From Vicinamibacterales bacterium (lineage in GTDB: Bacteria > Acidobacteriota > Vicinamibacteria > Vicinamibacterales > UBA8438): a DNA stretch of 64,000 nt. Position numbers and translations under genes: made by a program. Shown one piece after another: positions 37,846 through 46,517 of this stretch; within the stretch, counting starts at the first letter, position 1; each line of letters begins with the position of its first letter. The notes under the pieces are model-generated. The model did no database searches. It was not told the origin of the DNA and worked only from the letters and a program-made list of their open reading frames with translations. The stretch lies in NCBI GenBank assembly GCA_965215895.1, contig CBDCEY010000008.1:995086-1059085 (forward strand), given 5' to 3'.

Positions 37846-39315
37846 GTGCTCACACGCCTCCAGGTAGACGGCTTCAAGAATCTCGACCGGATAGATGTAC
37901 GACTGGGTCCCTTCACGTGCGTCGCCGGCCCCAACGGCGTCGGGAAGTCCAATCTTTTCGACGCCGTCGCGTTCCTCGCCACACTTGCGGACAAGCCTCT
38001 GGTCGAAGCCGCCTCGGCGGTGCGAGGAGGGGACTCCCGACGAGGTGAGGTCTGGAGCCTCTTTCGCCGCGCCGGCGACCGCGTGGCGGAAACGATGAAG
38101 TTCGCGGCCGAGTTCCTGATTTCAAGCGACGGCGAGGACGAGCTGGGCCAGGCCGCCAAGGCGTCGATGACGTTCCTGCGGTACGAGCTGGAGCTGCGCC
38201 ATCGACAGGACTCCGCGATTCGGGCGATGGGCGCGCTGGAGATCGCCCGAGAGAGAATGGTGCACATAAACCGTTCCGAGGCGAAGAGCCGGCTCGGCTT
38301 TCCCCACAAGAAGGCCTGGCGCGACTCCGTCGTCACCGGTCGCCGAACGAGCCCCTATATCTCAACGGAGCCCGAACCAGGCGAGACCGTCGTCTCGCTG
38401 CACGCGGACAGCAAAGCCGGCCTGGGCGGCGGACGTCCACGTCGCGTTTCCGCTGCCAACCTGCCGCGCACGATGTTGTCGTCGGTCAACAACGCGGCCG
38501 AGCACCGAACATTGGTGCTCGCTCGTCAAGAGATGGTGGCTTGGACCCAGCTCCAGCTGGAACCCTCGGCTCTCCGGGCGCCCGACGAGTTCACGGCGCC
38601 ACGCAGCATGGGACCGAACGGAGCCCATCTGCCGGCGACGCTGTACGACCTTGCGCAGGCCGCGCAACGCAGTCATCCCGGCGGAGAAGGAGACGTCTAT
38701 GCGCGGGTCGCCAACAGGCTCTCGGAGCTCGTCGAGAACGTACGGAGCATTGGCGTGGACGTTGACGACAAGCGACAGCTATTGAGTATCGTGATGACGG
38801 ATCTCCAGAACACGGAGCACGTCGCCAGCGCCCTTTCCGATGGCACGCTGCGGTTTCTCGCGCTCACCGTCATGGAATCCGATCCCGGGAGCAGGCGGCT
38901 GATCTGCCTGGAGGAACCCGAGAACGGGATGCACCCGCTCCGAATCTCGGCCGTCATCGAGTTGCTGCGCGAGCTCGCGGTCGACGTCGACGAACCGGTC
39001 GATGCCGAGAACCCGCTTCGACAGGTCATCATCAACACGCACTCGCCGTCGGTGGTGGCGTGCGTTCCTGACGATGCACTGCTCATGGCCCACGTCGCGC
39101 GTGGCCGCGAAGCGGAGGCGTCGCAACTCACCATACGTCATTTGCCGGATACGTGGCGTGTCCACGACGGTTCCGACGAGGCGACCGTGACGCGCGGTGA
39201 CCTGTTGGCGTACTTGAATCCCCTGGAGGTCCTCGTTGCGCCGCCAACGGCGCGACAGGCAGGCGTGCGAGGAACTTCAGGCCGCGACGAGCCGCGCACC
39301 GTCTGGCCAACCTGA
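37846..39315 (+). CDS. ABC/OLD-like AAA ATPase (AAA_15/AAA_21-type), orphan
   Basis: GTG start. Walker A GPNGVGKSN, Q-loop-like region, LSDGTLRFLAL, Walker B/D-loop ICLEEPENGMHP, NTHSP. Lies in a lower-G+C patch. Confidence 0.75.
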   Translation: MLTRLQVDGFKNLDRIDVRLGPFTCVAGPNGVGKSNLFDAVAFLATLADKPLVEAASAVRGGDSRRGEVWSLFRRAGDRVAETMKFAAEFLISSDGEDELGQAAKASMTFLRYELELRHRQDSAIRAMGALEIARERMVHINRSEAKSRLGFPHKKAWRDSVVTGRRTSPYISTEPEPGETVVSLHADSKAGLGGGRPRRVSAANLPRTMLSSVNNAAEHRTLVLARQEMVAWTQLQLEPSALRAPDEFTAPRSMGPNGAHLPATLYDLAQAAQRSHPGGEGDVYARVANRLSELVENVRSIGVDVDDKRQLLSIVMTDLQNTEHVASALSDGTLRFLALTVMESDPGSRRLICLEEPENGMHPLRISAVIELLRELAVDVDEPVDAENPLRQVIINTHSPSVVACVPDDALLMAHVARGREAEASQLTIRHLPDTWRVHDGSDEATVTRGDLLAYLNPLEVLVAPPTARQAGVRGTSGRDEPRTVWPT

Positions 39316-39570
39316 TCACGGACTGGAGGCCACTGCGGAACCCGGCTGCATTCAATCGGCTGGAAGCGGACACCAGGAGCGCTCTCGAGCATCTTGGCCC
39401 GCGGATGGCCGAGTAGGACTGAGACCCGAACGTTCATCCCGCGGTGAGCACTCGGCGCAGCCGACGCCCATCCGGGCCACGAATCGGTGATGTCTCATGG
39501 AGGTGAGGACGGCCGCCGTCGAGCGTTGGCCGGTTTCACCCGGCGGGTCTTGCCGAGAGGAGCTTCAGTG

Positions 39571-41934
39571 ATGTCTTCGACGAGGGTACGCCTTGCGGTG
39601 GGTGCGGTGACGGTGGCGGCGATGGCCGCCAGCGCCGCGTGGGCGCAGTCGGCGGCCGAGATGGGTCCGCAGGCCGCGTTGAACGCGATGGGTATCGTCG
39701 GCTACGCGGACCGGATGAGCGTGGCGCCGGGCGAGTCGATCCGGTTCATGGTGAGCAGCGGGCTGCCCACGTACCGGGCGGAGATCGTCCGGCTGATCCA
39801 CGGCGACGCGAACCCGAACGGGCCGGGCATCAAGGAGGAGCTGGTCGAGACGCCGGCAAACGGCGACTATCCCGGCCGGCGCCAGGACCTGCCGCTCGGC
39901 TCCTACGTCACCGTGCCGGACGCAGCGCCGCTACGGCTCGACGGGAGCTTCACGATCACGGCCTGGGTGGCGCCGACGCGGCCCGGGGTCGTCGGGTGGG
40001 TGGGGGAGCCGGGCGCGCAGGGTGTGGTGACGAAGTGGGCGGCGGACCGCGGCTACGGACTGATGATCGACGAGCGGGGTCGGCTGGCCCTGTGGCTCGG
40101 GGCGGCCGACGGGCAAGTGGCCCGCGTGGCGGCGGAGCCGGCGCTCCGGCGGTGGGCGCCGGCGATCCCGGGGGCCGGGAGTCCGCGCCCGCACGGCGTG
40201 CCGACGCAGTGGTACTTCGTGGCCGCGAGCTTCGACGCCGCCACCGGCCGGGTGACGCTGTATCAGGACCCGCTCGATCTCTACGTGAACGATCCGACGC
40301 GGGTGGTGGTCGAGGAGGCGACCCCGGTTCGGGCGCTGGCGACGCCCGACGAACCGCTGCGCATCGCCGCCTACGGGACGGCCGACGGCGGTGTGGCGGG
40401 GCACTACAACGGGAAGATCGACAACCCGCGGGTCTACGGCCGGGCGCTGAGCCGGGCCGAGGTCGAGGCGATCGCGGCCGGCGCGGGGCCGACCGACGCC
40501 GTGGCGGCGTGGGACTTCGCGGCGGACATCGAGACCGATCGGGCGCGCGACACCGCGGGGCGGGGGCTGGACGGCCGCACCGTGAACCTGCCGACGCGGG
40601 CGGTGACGGGGCACCTGTGGGACGCGACCGAGATGGACTTCCGGCGGGCGCGCGAGCAGTACGGGGCGATCCACTTCCACGACGACGACCTGCTCGACGC
40701 CGGGTGGGAGGTCGGCTTCGCGTTCGACGTGCCGGCGGAGCTGCGGAGCGGTGTGTACGCGGCGCGCCTGCGGACGACGACGAGCGAGGACTACGTGCCG
40801 TTCTTCGTGCGGCCGCCGTACGGAACGGCCACCTCGAAGATCGCGTTCCTGGTCCCGACCGTCAGCTATCTCGCCTACGCCGGGACCGGCGGCACGGGCT
40901 TCCAGCCGATGAGCCTGTACTCGACCCACACCGACGGCAGCGGCGTGACCTACTCGTCGGGGCTCCGCCCCATCACCAATATGCGCCCGAAGATCGACAC
41001 CCGGAACCCCTGGCAGTTCATGGCCGACACGCACCTCGTCGACTGGCTGGAGGTCAAGGGCTTCACCGTCGACGTCGTCACCGACCACGACCTCCACGCG
41101 GAGGGGGCGGCGCTGCTCGAGCCCTACAACGTCGTGCTGACCGGCACCCACCCGGAGTACTACTCGTGGGAGATGCTGCAGGGGCTCCGGTCGTACCTCG
41201 ATCAGGGCGGCCGGCTGATGTACATGGGGGGCAACGGGTTCTACTGGGTGACGCCGGTCGATCCGACCGGGACCTTCATCGAGGTGCGGCGGCGCGACGG
41301 CACCGAGCACTGGCAGGGAGCGCCGGGCGAGAGCCACCACAGCCTGACCGGCGAGCCGGGCGGTCTGTGGCGCTTCCGGGGTCGGGCCCCGCAGTGGCTG
41401 GTAGGCGTGGGGTTCACGGCGCAGGGATTCGACCGGAACTCGCCCTACCGCCGGATGCCCGACAGCTTCGACCCGCGGGTCGCTTTCATCTTCGAGGGGA
41501 TCGACGACAACGAGCTGATTGGCAACCACCCGTCGCTGGTGCTCGACTTCGGGGCGGCGGGGTCGGAGCTGGACCGCGTGGACTACGCCCAGGGCTCGCC
41601 GCCGCATACGCTCGTGCTGGCGCGGTCGTTCGGGCACTCCGACGCCTACCAGCACGTGATCGAGGAGGTGAACACCAGCAACTCGGCGCAGGGGGGCACC
41701 GTCAACCCGCTGGTCTACGCCGACGTGGCGTACGTGGAGTACCCCAACGGGGGCGCGGTGTTCTCGACGAGCTCGATCGCATGGAGCGGCAGCCTGTCGT
41801 TCAACGAATACGACAACAACGTCTCGCGGCTGACGGAGAACGTCCTGCGGCGGTTCGCGTCGGACGAGCCGCTGCCGGGGCCGACCCCGGCGCCCTCGGA
41901 GGGCGGAGCCGGCGCCGCCGGCGGCGGGCGATGA
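39571..41934 (+). CDS. LamG-domain / N,N-dimethylformamidase-beta-subunit-like family protein, secreted
   Basis: GAGGAG RBS before ATG 39571. Signal peptide. FTITAWVAPT and GKIDNPRVY (LamG-like). Large C-terminal domain with YLAYAG..., GGNGFYW blocks, recalled from the DmfA2-like family. Confidence 0.5.
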   Translation: MSSTRVRLAVGAVTVAAMAASAAWAQSAAEMGPQAALNAMGIVGYADRMSVAPGESIRFMVSSGLPTYRAEIVRLIHGDANPNGPGIKEELVETPANGDYPGRRQDLPLGSYVTVPDAAPLRLDGSFTITAWVAPTRPGVVGWVGEPGAQGVVTKWAADRGYGLMIDERGRLALWLGAADGQVARVAAEPALRRWAPAIPGAGSPRPHGVPTQWYFVAASFDAATGRVTLYQDPLDLYVNDPTRVVVEEATPVRALATPDEPLRIAAYGTADGGVAGHYNGKIDNPRVYGRALSRAEVEAIAAGAGPTDAVAAWDFAADIETDRARDTAGRGLDGRTVNLPTRAVTGHLWDATEMDFRRAREQYGAIHFHDDDLLDAGWEVGFAFDVPAELRSGVYAARLRTTTSEDYVPFFVRPPYGTATSKIAFLVPTVSYLAYAGTGGTGFQPMSLYSTHTDGSGVTYSSGLRPITNMRPKIDTRNPWQFMADTHLVDWLEVKGFTVDVVTDHDLHAEGAALLEPYNVVLTGTHPEYYSWEMLQGLRSYLDQGGRLMYMGGNGFYWVTPVDPTGTFIEVRRRDGTEHWQGAPGESHHSLTGEPGGLWRFRGRAPQWLVGVGFTAQGFDRNSPYRRMPDSFDPRVAFIFEGIDDNELIGNHPSLVLDFGAAGSELDRVDYAQGSPPHTLVLARSFGHSDAYQHVIEEVNTSNSAQGGTVNPLVYADVAYVEYPNGGAVFSTSSIAWSGSLSFNEYDNNVSRLTENVLRRFASDEPLPGPTPAPSEGGAGAAGGGR

Positions 41935-41975
41935 CGCCCCGCGCGCGCCACGGCTGAACGGACGCGACCGAGCCG

Positions 41976-43241
41976 ATGTACCAGGTCGAGGCGTGGTCGG
42001 CGCTGCGGCGGGCCCGGCGCGACGCGGGCGGCGGCTTCCGCTGGCTGCACGTCAGCGGCAACGTCTGGGCGCTCGGCTTCACGAGCCTCTTCACGGACGT
42101 CTCGTCCGAGATGGTCGCCACGGTGCTGCCCGTCTACCTGGTCCTCTACCTTGGGCTGACGCCGTTCCAGTTCGGGATCGTCGACGGACTCTACCACGGG
42201 GTGACGGCGCTGCTGCGGCTGGCCAGCGGCGTCGCCGTGGACCGGGGCGGCCGCTGCAAGGAGATCGCATTGGCGGGCTACGGCGCCTCGGCGGTGTCCC
42301 GGCTGGCCCTGCTGGCGGCCGGCGCCTCGTGGCCGCTCATCGCCGGCGTCGTGGCGTTCGACCGGGCGGCCAAGGGCGCCCGCACCGTGCCGCGCGACGT
42401 GCTGATCTCGCTGAGCAGCCGCCCCGATGGCCTGGCGACCGCGTTCGGCGTGCACCGCGCCCTCGACAGCGCCGGCGCCATGCTGGGGCCGCTGGTCGCG
42501 CTCGCCATACTCGCCGCCCTCCCGAACGCCTTCGACGTCGTCTTCGTCGCCAGCTTCAGCGCGGCCGTCGTCGGCCTCGGCGTGCTGCTGCTCTTCGTCA
42601 CCAACGCCGAGCGGCCCCCCGCACCGGCGCCGGCGCCCGCCTCCGTCACGCCGCTCGCCGCGGGGCGCCGCATCCTGGAGGTCCCCGGCCTGCTGCGCCT
42701 CACGGTCGCGGCGACGATGCTCGGCGCCGCCACGGTGAGCGACGGCTTCCTCTACCTGCTGCTGCAGCGGGAGGCCGGCTTCAATCCGGGCCTGTTCCCG
42801 CTGCTCTACGTCGGAACGTCAGGCTGCTATCTGGCGCTGGCGGTGCCGGCCGGCGGGCTGGCGGATCGCATCGGGCGGCAGCGCGCGTTCCTCGCGGGCT
42901 ACGGGTTGCTCGCCGCCGCCTACGCGACGACGATGCAGTCCGGGATCGGCCTGCCGGGGGTGGCGGCCTGCCTCCTTCTTCTGGGCGCCCACTATGCGCT
43001 GACGGACGGCGTGCTGATGGCGTTCGCCAGCGGGCGGTTGCCCCCGCAGCGGCGCGGCCGCGGACTGGCGCTGCTCACGACCGCCGGAAGTCTCGCCCGG
43101 CTGCTGGCCTCGGTCGTTTTCGGCGCGCTCTGGACGCGATACGGCGCCGCGACGGCGGTTCCGGTGTTCCTGATCGCGCTCGTAGCGGCGATGGCGGTCG
43201 CGGCGGTCCTTCTGCGAGACACGGGTGGTAAAGGCGAATGA
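41976..43241 (+). CDS. MFS transporter
   Basis: About 12 hydrophobic segments. FTDVSSEMVATVLPVYL and DRGGRCKEIALAGY loop are typical of MFS_1. Confidence 0.75.
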   Translation: MYQVEAWSALRRARRDAGGGFRWLHVSGNVWALGFTSLFTDVSSEMVATVLPVYLVLYLGLTPFQFGIVDGLYHGVTALLRLASGVAVDRGGRCKEIALAGYGASAVSRLALLAAGASWPLIAGVVAFDRAAKGARTVPRDVLISLSSRPDGLATAFGVHRALDSAGAMLGPLVALAILAALPNAFDVVFVASFSAAVVGLGVLLLFVTNAERPPAPAPAPASVTPLAAGRRILEVPGLLRLTVAATMLGAATVSDGFLYLLLQREAGFNPGLFPLLYVGTSGCYLALAVPAGGLADRIGRQRAFLAGYGLLAAAYATTMQSGIGLPGVAACLLLLGAHYALTDGVLMAFASGRLPPQRRGRGLALLTTAGSLARLLASVVFGALWTRYGAATAVPVFLIALVAAMAVAAVLLRDTGGKGE

Positions 43242-44584
43242 TGACGGCTCCGACTGAAGATCGGCAGAACGAGCACGCGGCCCGCCGGGCGGGCGAGGCG
43301 CCGGCGAATCGGCGCACTCCGCCCCGCATCGTCGCATTCGTGCTCCTGTGCGCGGCCTCCCTCGCGCTGGCCGGCGGCTACGCCTGGTGGTCGGCGGCGC
43401 GCCGGGCGAGCTTCGTTCGGGAAGTCTCCCTGCCGCCGATCGGCAGTCTGGCCGAGCTCGATCCGCCGGCCGCGACGGCGCCATCCGCACCGCCATCAGC
43501 GACTCCGGGCGACGGCCGGCCGGCGCCTCGCCCGCCCGCCGCGCGGTTGCCGGAAGATCGGTCGGGAGCCGGTGGGAGGTCCTCGCAGGAGTCGGATCCC
43601 GGTCCGGGGGCGGGAGCCGCGGGCCCCGTGCGGGGAAGGGACGAGCCGGCCCCCGGAGCGGCCGGCCCGCCGGCAGGCGTGGACATCGACGACCCGCAGG
43701 CCGGGCGCGTCCTTCTCCTCCGCCACACGGGGCTCGACGAGAGCTTCGGCGTGGCCAGCGTCGAGCGGCTGGACGCGGCCGGCGGCGGGCGCCGCGCAAC
43801 GCCGTTGCGGTGCGACCGGGTCGACTTCGCGGGGGAGCGAGGCGTCTGCCTGACGACCGACCGCTTCTATACGACGCACGCGATCATGGTGTTCGACGGC
43901 GCGTTCGAACCGCTGCACCGGCTCCCGCTGCACGGCGTCCCCAGCCGCGTGCGCCTCGCGCCCGACGGCCGGCTGGCCGCGGTGACGGTGTTCGTGTCGG
44001 GCCACTCGTATCTCGACGAGGGCTTCTCGACCGAGACGAGCATCGTCGACACCTACTCCGGCGAGCGGCGGGTCGCCAACCTGGAGGAGCTGCGGGTGTA
44101 CCGGGACGGCGCGCCGTTCCGAACCGTCGACTTCAACTTCTGGGGCGTCACCTTCGCGGCCGACAGCGACCGGTTCTACGCGACCCTGGGTACCGGGGGG
44201 ACGACGTATCTCGTCGAGGGACGCGTCTCGACGCGACGGGCGGACGTGGTGCTCGAGGGCGTCGAATGCCCGTCGCTGTCGCCGGACCAGAGCCGCCTCG
44301 TCTTCAAGAAGCGCCTTCCCCTCGCGACCGGGCGCGGGTGGCGGCTCCACGTCATGGACCTGCGGTCGCGCGCGGTCACGCCGCTCGCCGAGCCCCGGTC
44401 GGTGGACGATCAGGCCGAGTGGCTCGACGATTCGACGATCCTCTATGCGATTCCGGACCCGACCGCGCCCACCCCGATGGTGACCGACGTCTGGCGGATC
44501 CCGGCGGACGGCAGCGGGACGCCGGAGCTGCTACTCGAGGGCGCTTCGTCGCCGGCCGTGCTCCGCCAGGAGTCCGCGCCGTAG
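43238..44584 (+). CDS. membrane-anchored hypothetical protein with beta-propeller-like C-terminal region
   Basis: ATGA overlap with the MFS gene. One TM segment (IVAFVLLCAASLALAGG), a Pro/Ala-rich linker, then repeated LAPDGR/LSPDQSRLVF TolB-like strands. Confidence 0.6.
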   Translation: MMTAPTEDRQNEHAARRAGEAPANRRTPPRIVAFVLLCAASLALAGGYAWWSAARRASFVREVSLPPIGSLAELDPPAATAPSAPPSATPGDGRPAPRPPAARLPEDRSGAGGRSSQESDPGPGAGAAGPVRGRDEPAPGAAGPPAGVDIDDPQAGRVLLLRHTGLDESFGVASVERLDAAGGGRRATPLRCDRVDFAGERGVCLTTDRFYTTHAIMVFDGAFEPLHRLPLHGVPSRVRLAPDGRLAAVTVFVSGHSYLDEGFSTETSIVDTYSGERRVANLEELRVYRDGAPFRTVDFNFWGVTFAADSDRFYATLGTGGTTYLVEGRVSTRRADVVLEGVECPSLSPDQSRLVFKKRLPLATGRGWRLHVMDLRSRAVTPLAEPRSVDDQAEWLDDSTILYAIPDPTAPTPMVTDVWRIPADGSGTPELLLEGASSPAVLRQESAP

Positions 44585-44660
44585 AACGGCGTCGCCTCCG
44601 GAGGAGGCGCAGACTGACTGGAGGGTGGGTTGGGCGCCAAGCAGTGGCCGCAGCGCGACC
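44559..44660 (+). repeat. dispersed ~100 bp repeat, copy A (includes hairpin 44593-44609)
   Basis: Aligns with 50691-50792: GCTCCG..GAGTCCGCGCCGTAGAACGGCG.CGCCTCC..GGAGGCGC.GACT..CTGGAGGGT.GGTTGGG..GCCGC..GCGAC. Confidence 0.7.
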
Positions 44661-44708
44661 TGGCGGACCAAGTCCCGTCAAGGGCCGCGCGGCGGGACAT
44701 AATGACAT

Positions 44709-45119
44709 ATGGCTGAGAGACCGACCGACATCCCGCGCGGCGCGCGCGCCCCGGGCTACCCCCGCGCCCCCGGACATCGCATCGCCTTCGTGCCCCGCCA
44801 CGTCCGCGTGCGCGTGGCCGCGAGCGGGACCGAGATTGCCGCGACCACCGACGTCGTGACGCTCGAGGAGAACGGGTACCCGACGCGCCACTACCTGGCC
44901 CGGGACGGCGTCGACATGTCCCGCCTGGAGAAGACGGGCAAGACGACGTTCTGCCCCTTCAAGGGGCTGGCGACCTACTACGTGATCCACGGCCCCGAAG
45001 GCGAGATCCGCGACGCGGCGTGGAGCTACGAGCAGCCGTATCGCGAGGCCGAGCTCGTGCGCGACCGCCTCGCGTTCGATGGGGGCACGGTGGAGGAGAC
45101 CGTCGGCTCGACGCCGTGA
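44709..45119 (+). CDS. DUF427 domain protein
   Basis: GYPTRHYLARDGVDMSRLEKTGKTTFCPFKGLATYY...AWSYEQP...RLAFD pattern of DUF427. Confidence 0.75.
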   Translation: MAERPTDIPRGARAPGYPRAPGHRIAFVPRHVRVRVAASGTEIAATTDVVTLEENGYPTRHYLARDGVDMSRLEKTGKTTFCPFKGLATYYVIHGPEGEIRDAAWSYEQPYREAELVRDRLAFDGGTVEETVGSTP

Positions 45120-45475
45120 GCGGTTCACCGCCGCGGTGGTCGAGGCGCCGGGTGTCGTTCTCGGCCTTGGCACTGCTGACGGCGGTGGTCGCGCCGATCT
45201 TGGCGGGACTGATAATCTGGTGGCAGGACGCCGGCGACGGGGAGTCTCCGCGGGAGCGCGCCGACGCCGGGAACGGGGAACGAGAACGATGAAGAAGCGA
45301 CCGGACGAGGCCGCGCATCTGGAAGCTCAGGCGAACGGCTTGGAAGCGTCCGTCGACTTCAGCAGACCGGCACCGGCGGCGTTCCCGAACCTCAAGCCGT
45401 CATCCTCTGACGTGCCGCTGCGCACGCCGAGCAGACCCGCATCCGCCGTCAACCCCGATCGTTACGACTGACGAC

Positions 45476-45865
45476 ATGCCGTCCGCACGACTCTACGAAG
45501 CGGCGTTCCCGTTCGCCGACGACGTCCTGGCCCTGCCGGTCGACGACATCGACCGCGCTGCGGCCTGGTACGCGCCCGGGTTCGGCCTCGTCGAGGTCGA
45601 GCGCCGCGACCATCCGGTGCCGGCCGTGATTCTGGAGCGCGACGGCGTGCGCATCGGCTTCGCCGTCAATGGCGGGGACCCCGCCAACGAGGGAGCCGCG
45701 ATCCGGGTGACCGACATCCGCCGAGCCCGTGACGAGCTGGAGGCCAACGGCGTCAAGACCGCCAACTGGCGCGTCGACGAACGGGACGGCGAGCGGTACC
45801 AGGTCTTCTTCGTCGTCGCGCCGGACGGCCTCTGCTACTACTTTCACCAAGCCATCGGCGGGTGA
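45476..45865 (+). CDS. VOC-family (glyoxalase/bleomycin-resistance fold) protein
   Basis: 129 aa. LPVDDIDRAAAWY..GFGL, two beta-alpha-beta-beta-beta halves, FFVVAPDGLCYYF. Confidence 0.7.
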   Translation: MPSARLYEAAFPFADDVLALPVDDIDRAAAWYAPGFGLVEVERRDHPVPAVILERDGVRIGFAVNGGDPANEGAAIRVTDIRRARDELEANGVKTANWRVDERDGERYQVFFVVAPDGLCYYFHQAIGG

Positions 45866-45866
45866 C

Positions 45867-46517
45867 TCACTCGTCGGACTCTATCGCCTCGAGGAGGCGG
45901 TACATGCCCGACGATGGATTGTCTTTCGGGAATTCGGTTCCGTCTCCCACGTGCTTGGTGGTCAAAGCACGCGCACGCCGAGCGGCGTCAGCCCGTCGGG
46001 GCATGTAGTGTGAGCCGTCCAGTTCTTTCCCGGAGCTCTTGTCGTGCTTGCGGCGCAGCTTCGCAGCAGCATTGCTGGTGAGCCAAGCCGTGTGGTCATC
46101 GAAATGGAGCGCCAGCCACAACTCGAAGCACGGATTCGAAATGGCAAGACGGACGCCGCCCCTTTCGGCCTTGGTCTTAGCTTCAGGAAGCCCAGGATGA
46201 TTCTGAGGCCATTCGACGTCGAAGAGACACCACACCTCGTCGATCTCGCCTTGCTCCTGTGAGCTGCGAGCTCGGGCTTCGGCCGCCGCGTTCACCAAGG
46301 TCAACGGCACGGCCCCGCTCGCCTCCTTGTCTATGCGAATGACTGACGCCGAATTACGGACCGCTGGCTCCTGTCTCAGGGCTTCGATGTAGTCGGGCTC
46401 GGTCTTCGTGCCTTCGCAGAACACCAGAAGGGTCCGCCTGGGAGTACGAAACTCAACCCTGCGGCGAAGCGGACGGTCCTCACGCAAACTGCGACGAGTC
46501 CGCCTACTCTTGGCCAT
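45867..46517 (-). CDS. RloB-like (AbiLii-like, TOPRIM-related) protein
   Basis: LLVFCEGTKTEPDYI, DEVWCLFDVE, LAISNPCFELWLALHF: hallmark RloB blocks. Overlaps the upstream ATPase gene by 14 nt. Confidence 0.8.
   Translation of the reverse strand: MAKSRRTRRSLREDRPLRRRVEFRTPRRTLLVFCEGTKTEPDYIEALRQEPAVRNSASVIRIDKEASGAVPLTLVNAAAEARARSSQEQGEIDEVWCLFDVEWPQNHPGLPEAKTKAERGGVRLAISNPCFELWLALHFDDHTAWLTSNAAAKLRRKHDKSSGKELDGSHYMPRRADAARRARALTTKHVGDGTEFPKDNPSSGMYRLLEAIESDE

Noticed and set aside
39316-39570. Partner gene for the orphan ATPase (e.g. ORF 39138-39437 minus)
   Set aside because: The ORF overlaps the ATPase 3' end antisense, is Arg/Pro-rich, and has no RBS or motif.
45116-45471. Possible decayed BrnT/BrnA-like TA pair (..RGVSAGARRRRER.. 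then MKKRPDE...FPNLKPSSSDVPLRTPS)
   Set aside because: Only two short motifs resemble the BrnT C-terminus and the FPNLKPS..LRLP core of CopG/BrnA antitoxins. Both frames are otherwise degenerate and overlap each other. It is too weak without a profile search.
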